From: Puccinia triticina
Taxonomy: Eukaryota
Assembly (NCBI GenBank): GCA_026914245.1
Contig: CP110439.1
Coordinates: 1,736,001-1,800,000 of the forward strand
Direction of reading: 5' to 3'
DNA length: 64,000 bases
Part shown: one piece after another, positions 51,632 through 63,655 of the stretch
How the letters are laid out: every line of letters begins with the position of its first letter
How positions within the stretch are numbered: position 1 is the stretch's first letter
The notes under the pieces: model-generated
Told to the model about the DNA's origin: nothing
The model's input: the letters and a program-made list of their open reading frames with translations, nothing else
The model's database searches: none
Made by a program: the position numbers and the translations under genes

Positions 51632-54197
51632 ATGGAGAGTGCTCAACGTCAGTAATTTTCATCTATCTTTGGAAGGCATAGAAAATGAATACGCATGTGG
51701 CTGGCTTGTTGATTCACCAGAAGCTTTGGATTTGCACACTTGATTATAGTTCGTATGGAGCGGATGCTCCCTGAGCTCAGAGATTTGGAGCAAAAGAAAA
51801 CGTTTACCAAAGTGAATTCAAGTATTCGTATCCTAGTCCCCTGAATGAGTTTGTTTAGAGGTTATCCGGCACTAATGAGCATGTCTTTTTTGGTTTGTTC
51901 AGACAGAGATTTCTGCTATCGTCACTCAGCGCAACTACTACGAAGCTTTGATTGCTAGACCGAAACAACCGGAGTGCTATTTAAAGTACATCGAGTATGA
52001 GAAACGCTTGGAAAAGCTGCGCAGGCTGAGAGTTGGAAAATACGGTGAGTGAAATTATTTCTCATGCTGCGGCAGGATCATCCATCTTAAGTTTGGCGTG
52101 ATGGGTGTTGGGAAATTAAAACGATAGTGAATTTTTAGGGCATGCGAAAGGACGAACAACCTTGTCTGATTATTCGATTCCACTGCACATCCTCAACTTG
52201 TACTCTGCGGCGGCGAAGAGATTTCCGGAATCATTAGAGCTTTGGACATCATATATTGCCTACTCTCTCACTCAAGCGTCCAACAAACTAGTTAGTCGGG
52301 TGCTCTCTGCTGCCATCGCAGCCCATCCGTCGCACTCGGAATTCTGGGTGATGGCAGCCCGATTCGAAGCTGATGGTGATGAAACTGGCAAAGGGGGCGG
52401 GAATGTAGATGGAGCTCGTAAACTGCTGATGAGAGGGCTCAGGTTCTTCAAAGATGCAAGCTCATTACCTTTGTGGATTGAATGGATCCGGATCGAACTC
52501 AATTTTATTCAAACCATGGAGAAACGTCGCGAGGCTTTTGGACTGCTAGATTCCCACTCAAAGTCAAACGATCCTAGCCACTCTTCCCAGCCTGAAGAAA
52601 CTGGACATGTTCATGAAGCCCTTCAAACAACAGTGGACCTTCGCCAACTTCCCGAAGACCCTGATACCCCTATGACTCCACTTGATCGCGAGGTGGACTC
52701 CACAGGACTAAAAGGTCAAGAGGCTCTTATTTCTGGCGCTCTTGTCAAGGTCGTCCTTCAGAATGCATTCGAAGGTGAGACCCCCTCACCCCCAAAGATA
52801 TCCCGACACCTCATTATTTTTTAAAAAGATAGGAAGCTCAACCGTCATTATGTCCTGGTCCAGCTATTCCCGGTCTCGACATCTTCTACGCTACTCTTCC
52901 ACTGTTGTGCGCATTTGAATCACCTCTAAGACCTGCGCTCATACACTTCCTCTATCGCAAGATTTCAGAGATGTACCCCGATTCGCCCAAGGCACTCGTA
53001 ATGTTGACAACGAGACCACTTTTCAAGTATTCCACATCCGGTAAAATACTGGCCGTCTCCGGAGAAGAGTTGGTAGATCTTCTAGGCGCTACGATTCTTC
53101 AACTTCAACAACTATGCAAGGATAAATCAAGTTTGACATCGCTGCCGGAAGAGTTTTTGGTATTCCTGATAGAAATGCACACCATTCTGAACGAAGTGGA
53201 ATTGGTAAGTTGAAAATTTCCCCAATACATTAAGGCTAACTCGCGTGGTTGATTAACCTCGCCGATCTCTTGTTTGTGTAGCGAGAATATGTGGCAGCCG
53301 TCATTCGGAAGACAGTCTCATTAGCCATCAAAAAGAAAACAGACACAGCCAATCTATATCGGCTTGTCCTTTCGCATTACGAAACCACTGCTGCAATCAG
53401 CGATGGCCTACAGCTTGCCAAGACAGCAACTCAGCGATTTCCGGATTGTTTGGATTTATGGGAGAGTCGCTTGGCTCTACTAGTCAAAACTCAAGAAGAT
53501 AGCCCAACGACTCTTGAGGTTTTTCAAGAGGCTATCCAGCGTTTCCCAGGCTCAATCCGACTCGCAGAGCAATACACCCAACTGCTCAAGCAACGGCATG
53601 GCAAGAACATCATGAGCGATGAAGAGCTGTGGACTAGTGTTGAGGTTGGTTTTTCTGCGATGCGCGAAATTGATTGTATTGGTTCACTAACGACGGTTGG
53701 TTGGAATTTTATCACATCATATTTACATTCAGAAACAGCTGGATATCACCCTGAGAACATGTCCCCCGAAACAGGACGAATCTCGCCAAACAGCTCGACA
53801 TCCACCATCGAACGTTGCTGAAGTATACCAGCGCACATTGGCCGAGTTCTCAGGCAGGATGACATTAAAGGAGTTCTCGAAATACTTGTCCAACAAATCG
53901 GTCGTTTCGCTGAATTTCCTGAGTTGGCTTCTGGACTCCAAATCAGACCAAGCAGATCTCAGGGCGCTCGAAGATCTGCACGGCTTGGTGACTAGCCATC
54001 CTCATGCGCAGCTCGACCACTGGGCTGACCATCTGAGCTTTCTCTTGACCAGGAAGAAGGACTGTCATGGGGCGAGCCAGCTTTTGGCTAAGGCTAAGAA
54101 AGCCCTCGGACGTCAAGCCTCGGAACAGCTCGAGGAAAAATGGATGCAGTTCAATTCTTCTATCTCTGCTTCTGATCCTTCCCATGTCCAGCAATAG
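51632..54197 (+). CDS. UTP6: U3 snoRNA-associated protein 6 (HAT repeats)
   Basis: MESAQ|LRMERMLPELRDLEQKKTFTK|TEISAIV..YLKYIEYEKRLEKLRRLR; downstream HAT repeats (ARKLLMRGLRF..LWIEWIRIELNF). Confidence 0.9.
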
Positions 54198-54523
54198 TAT
54201 ATGATTAACACCCTATCCAGACTTTTCTTCGATCCAAATTTATTTGTCTCTCTGTGTGTACACCTTCTTTGATTGTCAACGTAATATGGCCTCTCACGTT
54301 TCTCACAATTCCAAGAATTCCTAAAATTTCAATTGAACAGAAAATATGCAGTTTTAGAAGCCACTACGCGTGGTGATGCTACTATCAAGGAAGGAGTGCT
54401 GCAATTCTACATACTTCCTGGTGAATGGAGGTTGCCCATGATTATTGGTGTAGCTTGAGTGAAAGGCCACAGAAGAGCCAATTGCTCGAATATATTACAT
54501 ACTGTCGGTGTTTACAATTAAAA

Positions 54524-55412
54524 TCAAGAACTTGGAGAGAGCCGGGTGACGGTACAATTTGTCCAGCCGGGATCGGCTTGAGCAAATTCGAAGAATCGGT
54601 TACAGAGTGCAATTGTTTTAAAGCAGACCACAGCTGATCCCTTTTTACTTGGAGGGCCGGGGTTGTCAGCTGAATCGAGTAAGCTTTTTGTAGAGATGAC
54701 GACTGATTCTATGTCTGAGGGCCTGATCAGATCACAGGAACAGATTCGAGTTGATAGATCTTCGACTGTGTTTAGCTCCGGGAGCTTCTTTCTGGTCCAT
54801 TTGAATCGCAATGTACATTCTAGAGTATCGCAAGTTTCGGCTGTGGGAGGCGGACAGGTTGATGGGACTGGATACGGTTTGACAGGTTGAGTAGAAGAGG
54901 TTTGTCCCACAGAAGCGAGTTCGGACATTTTTGCCTGGCGGAGTTTAGCACCAGCGGCTTTAATCTCTTCAAGCTTTCTGATTTTGGCGGCTTTCTGGAT
55001 AGATTGGTCCTGTTGTTTCTGGTACGCTTCTTCGCGAGCCTCGAGATCGCGTGCAAGCGCCTTCCGCTTGTTATCTAAACCGGCGAAACGGGCCGTCCTG
55101 GCCGCTTGGGCGGCCCGCTTGGCGTCGAATTCAGCTCGTTTGATCGGATCTAGGAGGATCTCGAATGCTGTCTTCAGTGCCTGAAATTTCTCCGAAGCCA
55201 ATGGGTCATCTGGGTTCTGATAGCCAGCCGAAAATCATCGAGGGTCATTATTAACTTGCCCCAATTAAAAAAAAAAAAAAAGAGAGAGAAAAGGCTGAGC
55301 TGATTATGCTTACTCGGTCTGGATGTACTTTCAGGGAGGCTTTTCGATAGGCAGAGGTAATCTGATTAGAGTCAGCGGAGGCCGAGACGCCGACGATGGA
55401 GTAGTAATCCAT
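54524..55412 (-). CDS. CWC23: J-domain splicing co-chaperone Cwc23/DNAJC17-like, 2 exons
   Basis: MDYYSIVGVS..AYRKASLKVHPDR|NPDDPLASEKFQAL; coiled coil KRKALARDLEARE; C-terminal RRM-like region LRFKW...KKGSAVVCF. Confidence 0.85.
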
Positions 55413-55866
55413 ATTGGTGCAATGGTGGTTAAGGAGATGTGACCAGTGAAAGCTGGACTCGCGGAAATTGAACCCCCCGCGATTAGATGGTGCTCCGGGG
55501 ATGGGATCGGGTATCTCCTCCGGACCTCGGAAACCGAAGCGGTGCAGCTTTTGGCCGCCGGTGGCTCGCCCGGCGAGCCAAAAGCCAGCAGTCTCAAGAG
55601 ATCACTGCCATTGTAGACTCCAAGGGTAATGGTAATTAGATAAAGCACAGTGTGGGGGTAAGGAAGTGCTTCATGACCTATTTTTCGTTTTACCACCCCA
55701 TCAAAAGATCTCGCTTCTCGTGGGGAGACTCTTGAATTCTCTTGACTCAGATTCATCATACGAATCAAACAGAACTGTCCGCTGAGCGGGCGATTTAAGG
55801 CCGAGGCAACCGAAGAGCTCGGGGCATTCATCTCCTGACTCAAGACATCGTCAGTCTTGACCAACG

Positions 55867-57689
55867 ATGCCGGTCAACTGGACATCTGGAAAGGCGTAAG
55901 TGATTTGAATCACAATATGCATTTCTCAATCTGGACAACTAGCATCCACTGGTCATTGGACAAAATGTCGTCGCAGATTCCATGAAAAAGTGAACGAATG
56001 GATGGTTTGAAAACCAGTTTGAGCGCAAACAACGGCATCCTTAGTTTCAATTGGTGGACTGATCCTCATGATTTCCTCACTACATCCCACAGGAAGCTGG
56101 CAAAAAGCAAATTCAAAAAACGGTATGCGAAGTTTCTTTTGGAAGTTTGGCTGATCGTAAAATACTGAAGATGATGTTCTCCATGCCATCCAGACCCAAG
56201 AAAACTTGGAAAGATGATGATAACGACATTCGGAAGAAGCCCCTGCCTTTTCGTCGTTACCTTCCCCGGGCGAAAAAGCTGACTAAACGCTCAGAACCGG
56301 TAATCCGTCACGAGAGGGCCAGTACTTCTGGGGCATCAGGTTCGAGAACAGAAGGAACAAAAAGGACTGAGATCGATGATAATTCTGAAACGATTTCAGC
56401 TGGACTTCAACTAGACCATCACAGTTCCAGCGGTCTACAAACCACTACATCGAATCATCAGAAGATCGATATCGCAAGAAAGAGACGCGCCCTGTTGGCT
56501 CTGACCGATTGGGCGGGTCTTCACACTCCCGCGGTTCCAGATGATTTTGGCCCCCACACTCCGGCTCCTTACAGCGCCCGGCTCAGGAGAAAAGCTCTGG
56601 CCAAGATCACTCCGCCCGAGCAAGAAATTGTGCCGAACCTTACCGATGAGCTTCAGAGTACCTCTCAAGAGCGTGGCTTGCAGCGTGACTCGAATATTCA
56701 TTCCAATCTACGCGACAATCATCCCTTTAGCTTATCACCCTCGAGTCATGACTCCATCGCTTCACCGACTCCAGCTAATCCTCGGGCCAAAAATCCAGCC
56801 ACAAAACTTGTTCCGATTTCATCCTCCAAGCATGTGGAGGGGTCAAATGTGCTAAAGGCTGACAACGAACATAAGCGCACCGCAAGGAGCAACATCACCG
56901 GTGTTGAATCGAAGTCCAGATCATTTACTTATAAAGATGAAAGCAGTCGCAAAGCGCCATCTAATCAGCCTCTCTTTGCGCCGTCGAGCTCAAAGAAAAC
57001 TGATTCAACTGTCGGTTTTCGTCCCGAGGTGCCACCTTGGATCTGCCGGATGTCTAGATCCTTAGGGTTCAGTCCACCCACCGGAATCAGTGAGTTCGAA
57101 AAGCAGAGAGCAATCGAAATCGAGTCCCAGCACTCCCTTCCCTCCAACGCCATCGAACACCATATAACACCAGATTTGGAGCTGCTGATCAAGCGGGAAA
57201 TCTCACCTGGACCTGATAAGCGTATGCGCATCTTGCTTCTTCAATAACGCCAAATTATAACAAAAACAAAAAAATAATGTGATTCTTCTTTTTTTTTCAA
57301 AAAAAAAAAGCCCCTACACATAGATTCTAAGCGGAACGCGTTGTATGAAGGTGTGGACATCGGCGAACACCTATCAATCAGTCAACAAGGAAAAGGAGAA
57401 AAATACGTCGACGAGGATTCGAAAGACAGTCGAAAATGGCCGGAAAGACAGAAAGAAGGACATCAGAGAACAGGCGATCAAGGAGGAGGATCTCGAAACT
57501 CAGTTACTCAACAAAAGAATAACCGCCTGGTTCGAGCGGGACAACAAACACCAGGCCAAGAGACTGGGGACACTAATGCAGATTGGGGATGGAGGAACTT
57601 GGTTCAAAAGTCTAAGAACGACCAATTTGATTTACTCTTCCACGACAGGAATGACGACAGAAGGATCTTTTAATCTCTCTCTATTATGA
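55867..57689 (+). CDS. Hypothetical low-complexity basic protein, multi-exon
   Basis: ATG 55867 MPVNWTSGK followed by a GTAAGT donor, a short exon at ~56092-56121, a long Ser-rich exon in ORF 56147-57247 and a probable last exon in ORF 57345-57689. Confidence 0.55.
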
Positions 57690-58966
57690 TGCTTATCTTT
57701 TGTCTTATTGAAGCAAACTCAAGATTAGTTACCCTGAACTGTAATGATTCAAGAATAATGCTAGCGTTACATCTTACCAAAAATGAAGGCTTGTTTTCAG
57801 TTTCATCTGACGTAAAAAAACTGTTTGTTTTTACTCATTTTACATTGGCACAGCTCGATCCATAACACATCGGTCTGCCCCGCTCCAAACATATCAGGCA
57901 TTATTATCAGCAAACCAGCCATTTACCTTATTTCCATTTCAGAATTAGAAGAACAGGTTCCTCGACTGAATTTAAACCAACCTTAATTTGCTTAAGTGAA
58001 ACTCAGCATCAGAACAAATTCACTCAGGATCAATACAATCGCACCAATAATAAGAGTCGCAGTTTCCAGAAGATGGCTTCAGCAAGCATAATATTCTAAC
58101 GGATGTCGCTTTCGTCGTCCGGATTTTGTCAATCATAAGACACCTGGTGCCCCTATGAGCGCAAGCGTTCATGACTGGTGCCGGGGTTCACAATTACAAT
58201 TTCCCAGTAAATTTTTATCAACATACAACTAATGCTGAGAAATTTTTATCAATTCACAATCAAGCTGCAGACTGAAGCTACAGCAATACTGCGGCGATTA
58301 AATAGCTCAAACCGAACATGAAGCCCGCCAACAGAATTTTGTTGCACAACCAGTATGTAAGTGAAAGCTTGTGAACCTCACGATTCCCCAAAATAGTTGT
58401 GCGATTAAAATTGTCAGGCAAGACTGCTGGATGGATAGATGAGATAGCCGAACCGGTTTTTTAGAAGAAAAAAAAAGAAACCAACAGGCTTTGTAAATCT
58501 TGGAATACATACTTAGCAAGTTTGCATAGCACATCAGAATGAAGGAAGTTTGAGAAATGGGCTTTGCCACGAGTTCTTGTGAAAATAACTCATTCTACTT
58601 CTGCCAATATTATTTAGTTTAGAAATCCATAGCTACACAAGAGCTAGCTAGTTTTATAAAGTGTACATGTCGAATGTAGGCGATAAAGGTTTAGAGTTGG
58701 GTTGACAAACCTCAAAGCATAGATGGCAAGATTGATGGTTAAGGGTAGCTTAGATACTGGTGGCGAGGATATCGGACGTAGCTCTAATCAAAATCTGACA
58801 AAAGTTCACTAAGTATCCAGGCGCCGCCGGTGATGGGACTGTGTGGAGCAAAAGATGCGAGCATGTTGCAGTTTAGAAATGGGCTTGGTGTTTTCTTTTG
58901 ATTAGCGATTTGGAAGAGAAGCCAAAGTGGAATGTAATATTGATCATCCTTCTACTTTTATTCACC

Positions 58967-59400
58967 TTATGGACCAGTCGAATTTCCACCATTTCTATCC
59001 ACTTTCATCACATCCTTCATGTATTTCTCTTTAACTGATAGTTTGGCCGATTCGCGTTCGAGAAGGAGCTTCTGCCGATTGATGTTATTTTGTAACTCTT
59101 TTACAAGAACATCTTTCTCCCCGCCCTCTGGTAATTGTTTGCTATTTTCCAAGGCCTCGTGTAAGACTAGAAGGATTGATTCGGTGTCCTGGAGTTTTTC
59201 CTTTGTTTCGTTCAGCTGGATTCTAATCCTGTGACGATGAACAGTGTGTGAAATGGAATGACGCATTGATCAGCTTAGGACTCAATCAGATTGGAAACTT
59301 ATCTTTAGAAACAGAGGTAAAAATAGGCATCACTGGTAGCTGACTGATCAGGGGTGAGAACTTCTAATGAGCCCAGAAACTTATCGGCCGCTGATTGCAT
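58967..59400 (-). CDS. Small coiled-coil hypothetical protein, 2 exons
   Basis: MQSAADKFLGSLEVLTPDQ|IRIQLNETKEKLQDTESIL..., joined in frame by a GTCAGC...CACAG intron. Confidence 0.7.
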
Positions 59401-60058
59401 GACGGGATCGTCGAGGTGACTGAAGGAGGGAACAGATCACGTGTGACGTTCAGGAAGGATATTAGAGTAAATCGACGCGAAACTCGGGCGGAAGAATGCT
59501 ACTCGGATAAAAATGCAAGCTCGCTCGGCACTCAGCTCTCCGGGGCGATATTTTTGAGATGAGATTATATGGCTAACGCTGGTCGCTGCTGCAGGTGAAG
59601 CATCATCTGCAGGTCGCTGAAAATGAGAAACAATTGTAGCAAAAAGCTTATTATGTTTGACATACACACACCGGCCCTGCTTCCAAGCGGGTGACAGCAC
59701 GGGCGGAGAATAAGTACACATCAAAATAAATATAACTGGCCGCAGAATCAAATTGGCCTCAAATTCAATTGACCCGGTGGCTTGGAGCCTTTGTCGGTGT
59801 TCTCGGGTCGTTTCAAGGCTTGCAGCATGAGTTGAGAGCTTGAGCCTGTGAGCCAAGGCACTCAACGAAATTGTTGCCTCAATGTCGCACAAGCTGCCAA
59901 CGGAACCTGGTCTGCGGAGCTGCAAAAGGTTGCAAACCATGTCTAGGGGCGGAGATAGTGCGCGAATAAGTCCATGACGCGGGGGGCCATTGTCGGAAGC
60001 ACCGGATTTCCGTGCTTATACCCACCCGGTTGCTATGACTGCCAACATCCTAGCAGAT

Positions 60059-60401
60059 TGTTAGGACGGTTCATGCACTTATGCTAAAACCACGGTAGAA
60101 TCATGTACTTACATACCATGTACATAGATTCTCTAACCTTGTCGGTGACAGGTCCAAACCTAGACCTGTCACTGCCGAGCCGGTACAGTCCCAGCTCTCC
60201 CCGGTCCGAGCTCCTTTTCTCTTTCCTCACCGAGATAGGAGTATCGGATCCGACCCGTGGAGAGCTGACAGTCATCGGACTGTATCGTGCAGGTTAGTCC
60301 CTATGCTAAGCAATCAATCACCGAGATAGGAGTATCGGATCCGACCCGTGGAGAGCTGACAGTCATCGGACTGTATCGTGCAGATCCGTTTGACATTATC
60401 A
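60059..60401 (+). repeat. Copia 5' LTR (343 bp) with an exact internal 66-bp duplication
   Basis: TG..CA ends; 60227-60292 equals 60318-60383; hairpin TGACAGGTC/GACCTGTCA at ~60146-60171. Confidence 0.85.
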
Positions 60402-60403
60402 TA

Positions 60404-60423
60404 GGTTAAAAGCCGCTCTTACC
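60404..60423 (+). other. Copia PBS complementary to the anticodon arm of tRNA-Lys(UUU)
   Basis: GGTTAAAAGCCG, 2 nt after the LTR, is the reverse complement of CGGCTTTTAACC. It is followed by CTCTTACC, similar to the D-arm complement. Confidence 0.7.
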
Positions 60424-60472
60424 AGACCACGCCGTGTTCGACCGTACTGTCAGGATTCTCGGGATCAGATAG

Positions 60473-62505
60473 ATGAATAGAGAGGATTTCGATATCGAAA
60501 TAGAAAAGATTATTCTTAGAGAAGAAGGAAAAACTGAAGAAGAAATATATCAGATTTTAGAACAACGAAAAATTTTGATTTTGAATCAGAACCAACCCAC
60601 ACCCTCCACCTCGACGCATCACCTTGTCACCGTTATGGAACCTGTTCATGACCAAACGCTGGCAAGCCTGCAACAGCAGATGGCCGATATGACGGCTGAA
60701 ATCAATCGATTGAAGTCACTTCAACCCCATGGCCATGCTGAAGCCTCAGCAGCTGTTCGTGCACATGAGAACCGACAGGAGATTATTCTCGGCAATTTCC
60801 TGCGGAACCCGATCAAGCTCCACAACCAAGTGAATCCCGATCAAGTCATTCTTTCGTACGGGTCGGCCAACTGGTCGCAATGGGAAGAATCCATCGAGGC
60901 GACGCTTCAATACACTTTCTCGACAACTGAGTCTATGATCACCAAGACGACGAACTTCACTCACCTTGCCACTGAAAACAACCATGCGATTGTGAGCCTG
61001 ATGAAGAACACAATCGAGAAGCCGCTGCTTGGAATCATAAAGGCAGCCGGCCACAAGACAGCGAGAGCAATCTATGAAGCTCTGAAGTTGAAATGTGAAC
61101 GCTCTGATCGACGGCACAAGATCGACCTAGTTATGGCGTTGATGGATCTTGCCAACGCTCCTGGTTCTGCGGACGAAACGACCGTATCATCCTGGGCGAA
61201 GGTAAACAGTGAACTCGAGCAATCCAAGCTCACACTCGACGAGGCCGTTGGAATTCTCCTCCAGATCAACTTCAAACCAGCGATTGGAGCGGAGTTGACG
61301 AAGTTTGAGTTCACTGTAGACCAGAACCTCAACGACAAGAAGTGCGCCTCCTTTGCCGATGTGGCGACGGTCATTCAATCGGCCTCCGGGAAGGTGAAGC
61401 GAGCTCTTGTGCATCAATCCGAGCACGTCCCAATGGATCTCGACCGTATCCATGCCTTCAACCAAGGGGGGAGAGGCAAATATATCACTCCCCAACGTCG
61501 AAACTCGGTCAATAAATCGTTGAAGCTCAATCACCCCCGCTTCTCAGTTGATAAAGCTGAGTACTACAAAGGCAAGGGTCAGTCGGAAGCCCTTCTCAAG
61601 CGACATGGTACGGAATGTGCCTACTGCACTCGTGACGGTCATTGGTTCGCGGATTGCTCGGAATTTTGGCGTGCGGTGGCGATGAAGCAGATTGCCCCTC
61701 CCCCGCCGGATTTTGAATCTCAAGAGTCGAAATACGTACCACCCCGTCGATCCGAACACCACATCCAAAAAGTCAACTTCCCCAACATGACCGAAGGGGT
61801 TCTACTTGATTCCGGCGCGTCGGCTCACGTGAGTGGCGACTCTTCACTTTTTGAGCCGACACGTAAACTGACGGTACCTCGGACGTTTTATCTGGCGGTT
61901 ACCGACTGCAATGTGGTCGTATCAAACGTCGGCAGGGTAACGATTCCGACGCCGACTGGGAAGCTAGTGATTGATGAGGTGTACCACGTGCCTGGAGTAG
62001 ATGGAGTAATCTTGTCAACTGGTAGATTAATCGCATCGGGATGGAAACTTCAGTATGAAGGGACCGAAGCTACTTTACTAGATCCTTGTAATAATAGCTA
62101 CCCTACCATCTTCCATAATTACTGCTGGTCCCTCCAAACTCTCGCCAACCCGATCCATGCAAGTAAAATATCGCAAGTCCCGTCGTTTGATCCGTATAAA
62201 TGGCACATTTGCCTTGGCCACGCCTCCAATGATGTTGTGAAACGCTACCTGAAGATAAACTATCCTGACGTTAAAATCAGATGGTCCCCGTTCTTCTGTG
62301 ATTGGTGTGCAAAATCGAAAAGCATCAACCGGAAGTCAACCGGTGTAGAATCACACATCGTGCGAGAAAAGCCGCTAGACTTGATGGTGTTGGATGTGGC
62401 TGGGCCGTTTGAGATAGATGTTCACGGAATGAAATACTGCGTCACTCTGAGGGATCACGCAAGCACTTTCTCGTTTGTCGGAGCCATCGAGAGGAAATCG
62501 GACGT
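60473..62505 (+). CDS. Copia Gag-Pol polyprotein, truncated in integrase
   Basis: Zn knuckle CAYCTRDGHWFADC; protease LLDSGASAHV; pre-integrase WHICLGH..CDWC; integrase KPLDLMVLDVAGP. Similarity ends at IERKSDV. Confidence 0.93.
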
Positions 62506-63219
62506 TGTGGTGGTCAAAATGGTGGTCAAGTTCATTTTCAATCCTCAAGATCAAGACTCAAGCTTCAAGGCCCAACCCTCAAGATTCCCTCAGTTTCTTC
62601 TGGATTCTCTTTCTTACCCCTGTCCCACTCTCTTTATTTTCACTCCCAACTCTTCCCCCCCTCTCACTCACTTATCTTCACATTTCTTGGTCCTAACACA
62701 GATTATCTGTTTCTTATTTCTGGATTGTTTTTCTTCTCTCACTCTTCCATTTATCATGTCTCTCATTTTTTTCTGCCCTCTGCTTCATTTTTGTGTTGTG
62801 TTTCTTTTCTTCTTTTCTGTTGTCTTTGGTGTGTGCGCGCGCACGGCGCGCGAGGAGATGATGACATGCTTGTGACAGGCCTCCAGGAATCCAAGTTCCC
62901 GGCGAACTTGGAGGATAGGAGGCCATAGCACCTGTTCTGATCCAAGTCAGGAGTTATCAAAGCAAGAATCTTTTCCGAGTCCCAAGAGTCAAGAGTCCCA
63001 TCAAGAATTCCCAGAGTCCCTTCCAGAATCCACCTTCCCAACAAACCCAAACCGCCGCCGAGGATCCAAGCCCCGGCGAAATCTCAAAACCACTCCACCA
63101 AAGCTATCACCCCGAATCCCCTACGACTCTTTTCCGGACCATCCGTGAGGGCAGCTCCCAGAGCACCTTTTCCCCTCCCAGCGCTGCCGCCGGCCTAGCA
63201 CCGGACGGAGCTCCATATT

Positions 63220-63269
63220 TGGTCCCCCGAGCCGGGATCGAACCAGCGACCTCAAGATTTACAGTCTCG
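63220..63269 (-). other. Extended PBS equal to the 3' 50 nt of mature, intronless tRNA-Tyr(GTA) with CCA
   Basis: Minus strand reads CGAGACTGTAAATCTTGAGGTCGCTGGTTCGATCCCGGCTCGGGGGACCA: anticodon arm, T arm, acceptor 3' strand and CCA. Confidence 0.92.
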
Positions 63270-63655
63270 AACTGTGGTTTTGAGGCGTTTGGCGGTTAAA
63301 CTTTTCTTTTTTCTTCTTTTCTTTCAATTCCTATTCATCCAAATTACCGAGAATCGTCGCTGAAACCAGTTGGGTTCCCTTTGTTCTGGACCCGCATCAA
63401 TCCGATCATCTTTGTCCCTCGCCTCGCTCAAGTCGGTCCCGTTCACGTTTCAGGATCAAAACGTTTGAGGACCCGGTCGTTTCTTTATTTCTTTTTTTTT
63501 AGGTGTTCAGTAGCGGGGCATAGGAGCAGCAGAAGTAAGTCCCCTCCACTTAGTAGCACCTCCGAAGTCTACTACGTTGGTCAAAGCATCATCGCCACCG
63601 CTGTGAGCCGCCCCTCGATTCCCTGTTTGGTTTTCCCCTCAGATTTCCCCTTGCG

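Larger units (their letters stand above)
60059..62505 (+). mobile_element. Ty1/Copia LTR retrotransposon, 5' portion, interrupted by Gypsy
   Basis: LTR TGTTAGG...TTATCA, then PBS, then gag-protease-integrase domain order. Confidence 0.93.

Noticed and set aside
62506..62875. Env-like transmembrane tail on the Copia polyprotein
   Set aside because: Read-through into the CT-rich LTR of the inserted Gypsy; the same artefact gives ORF 29490-29936.
63220..63269. Functional tRNA-Tyr gene
   Set aside because: Lacks the 5' acceptor strand and D arm, encodes CCA and sits at the PBS position.
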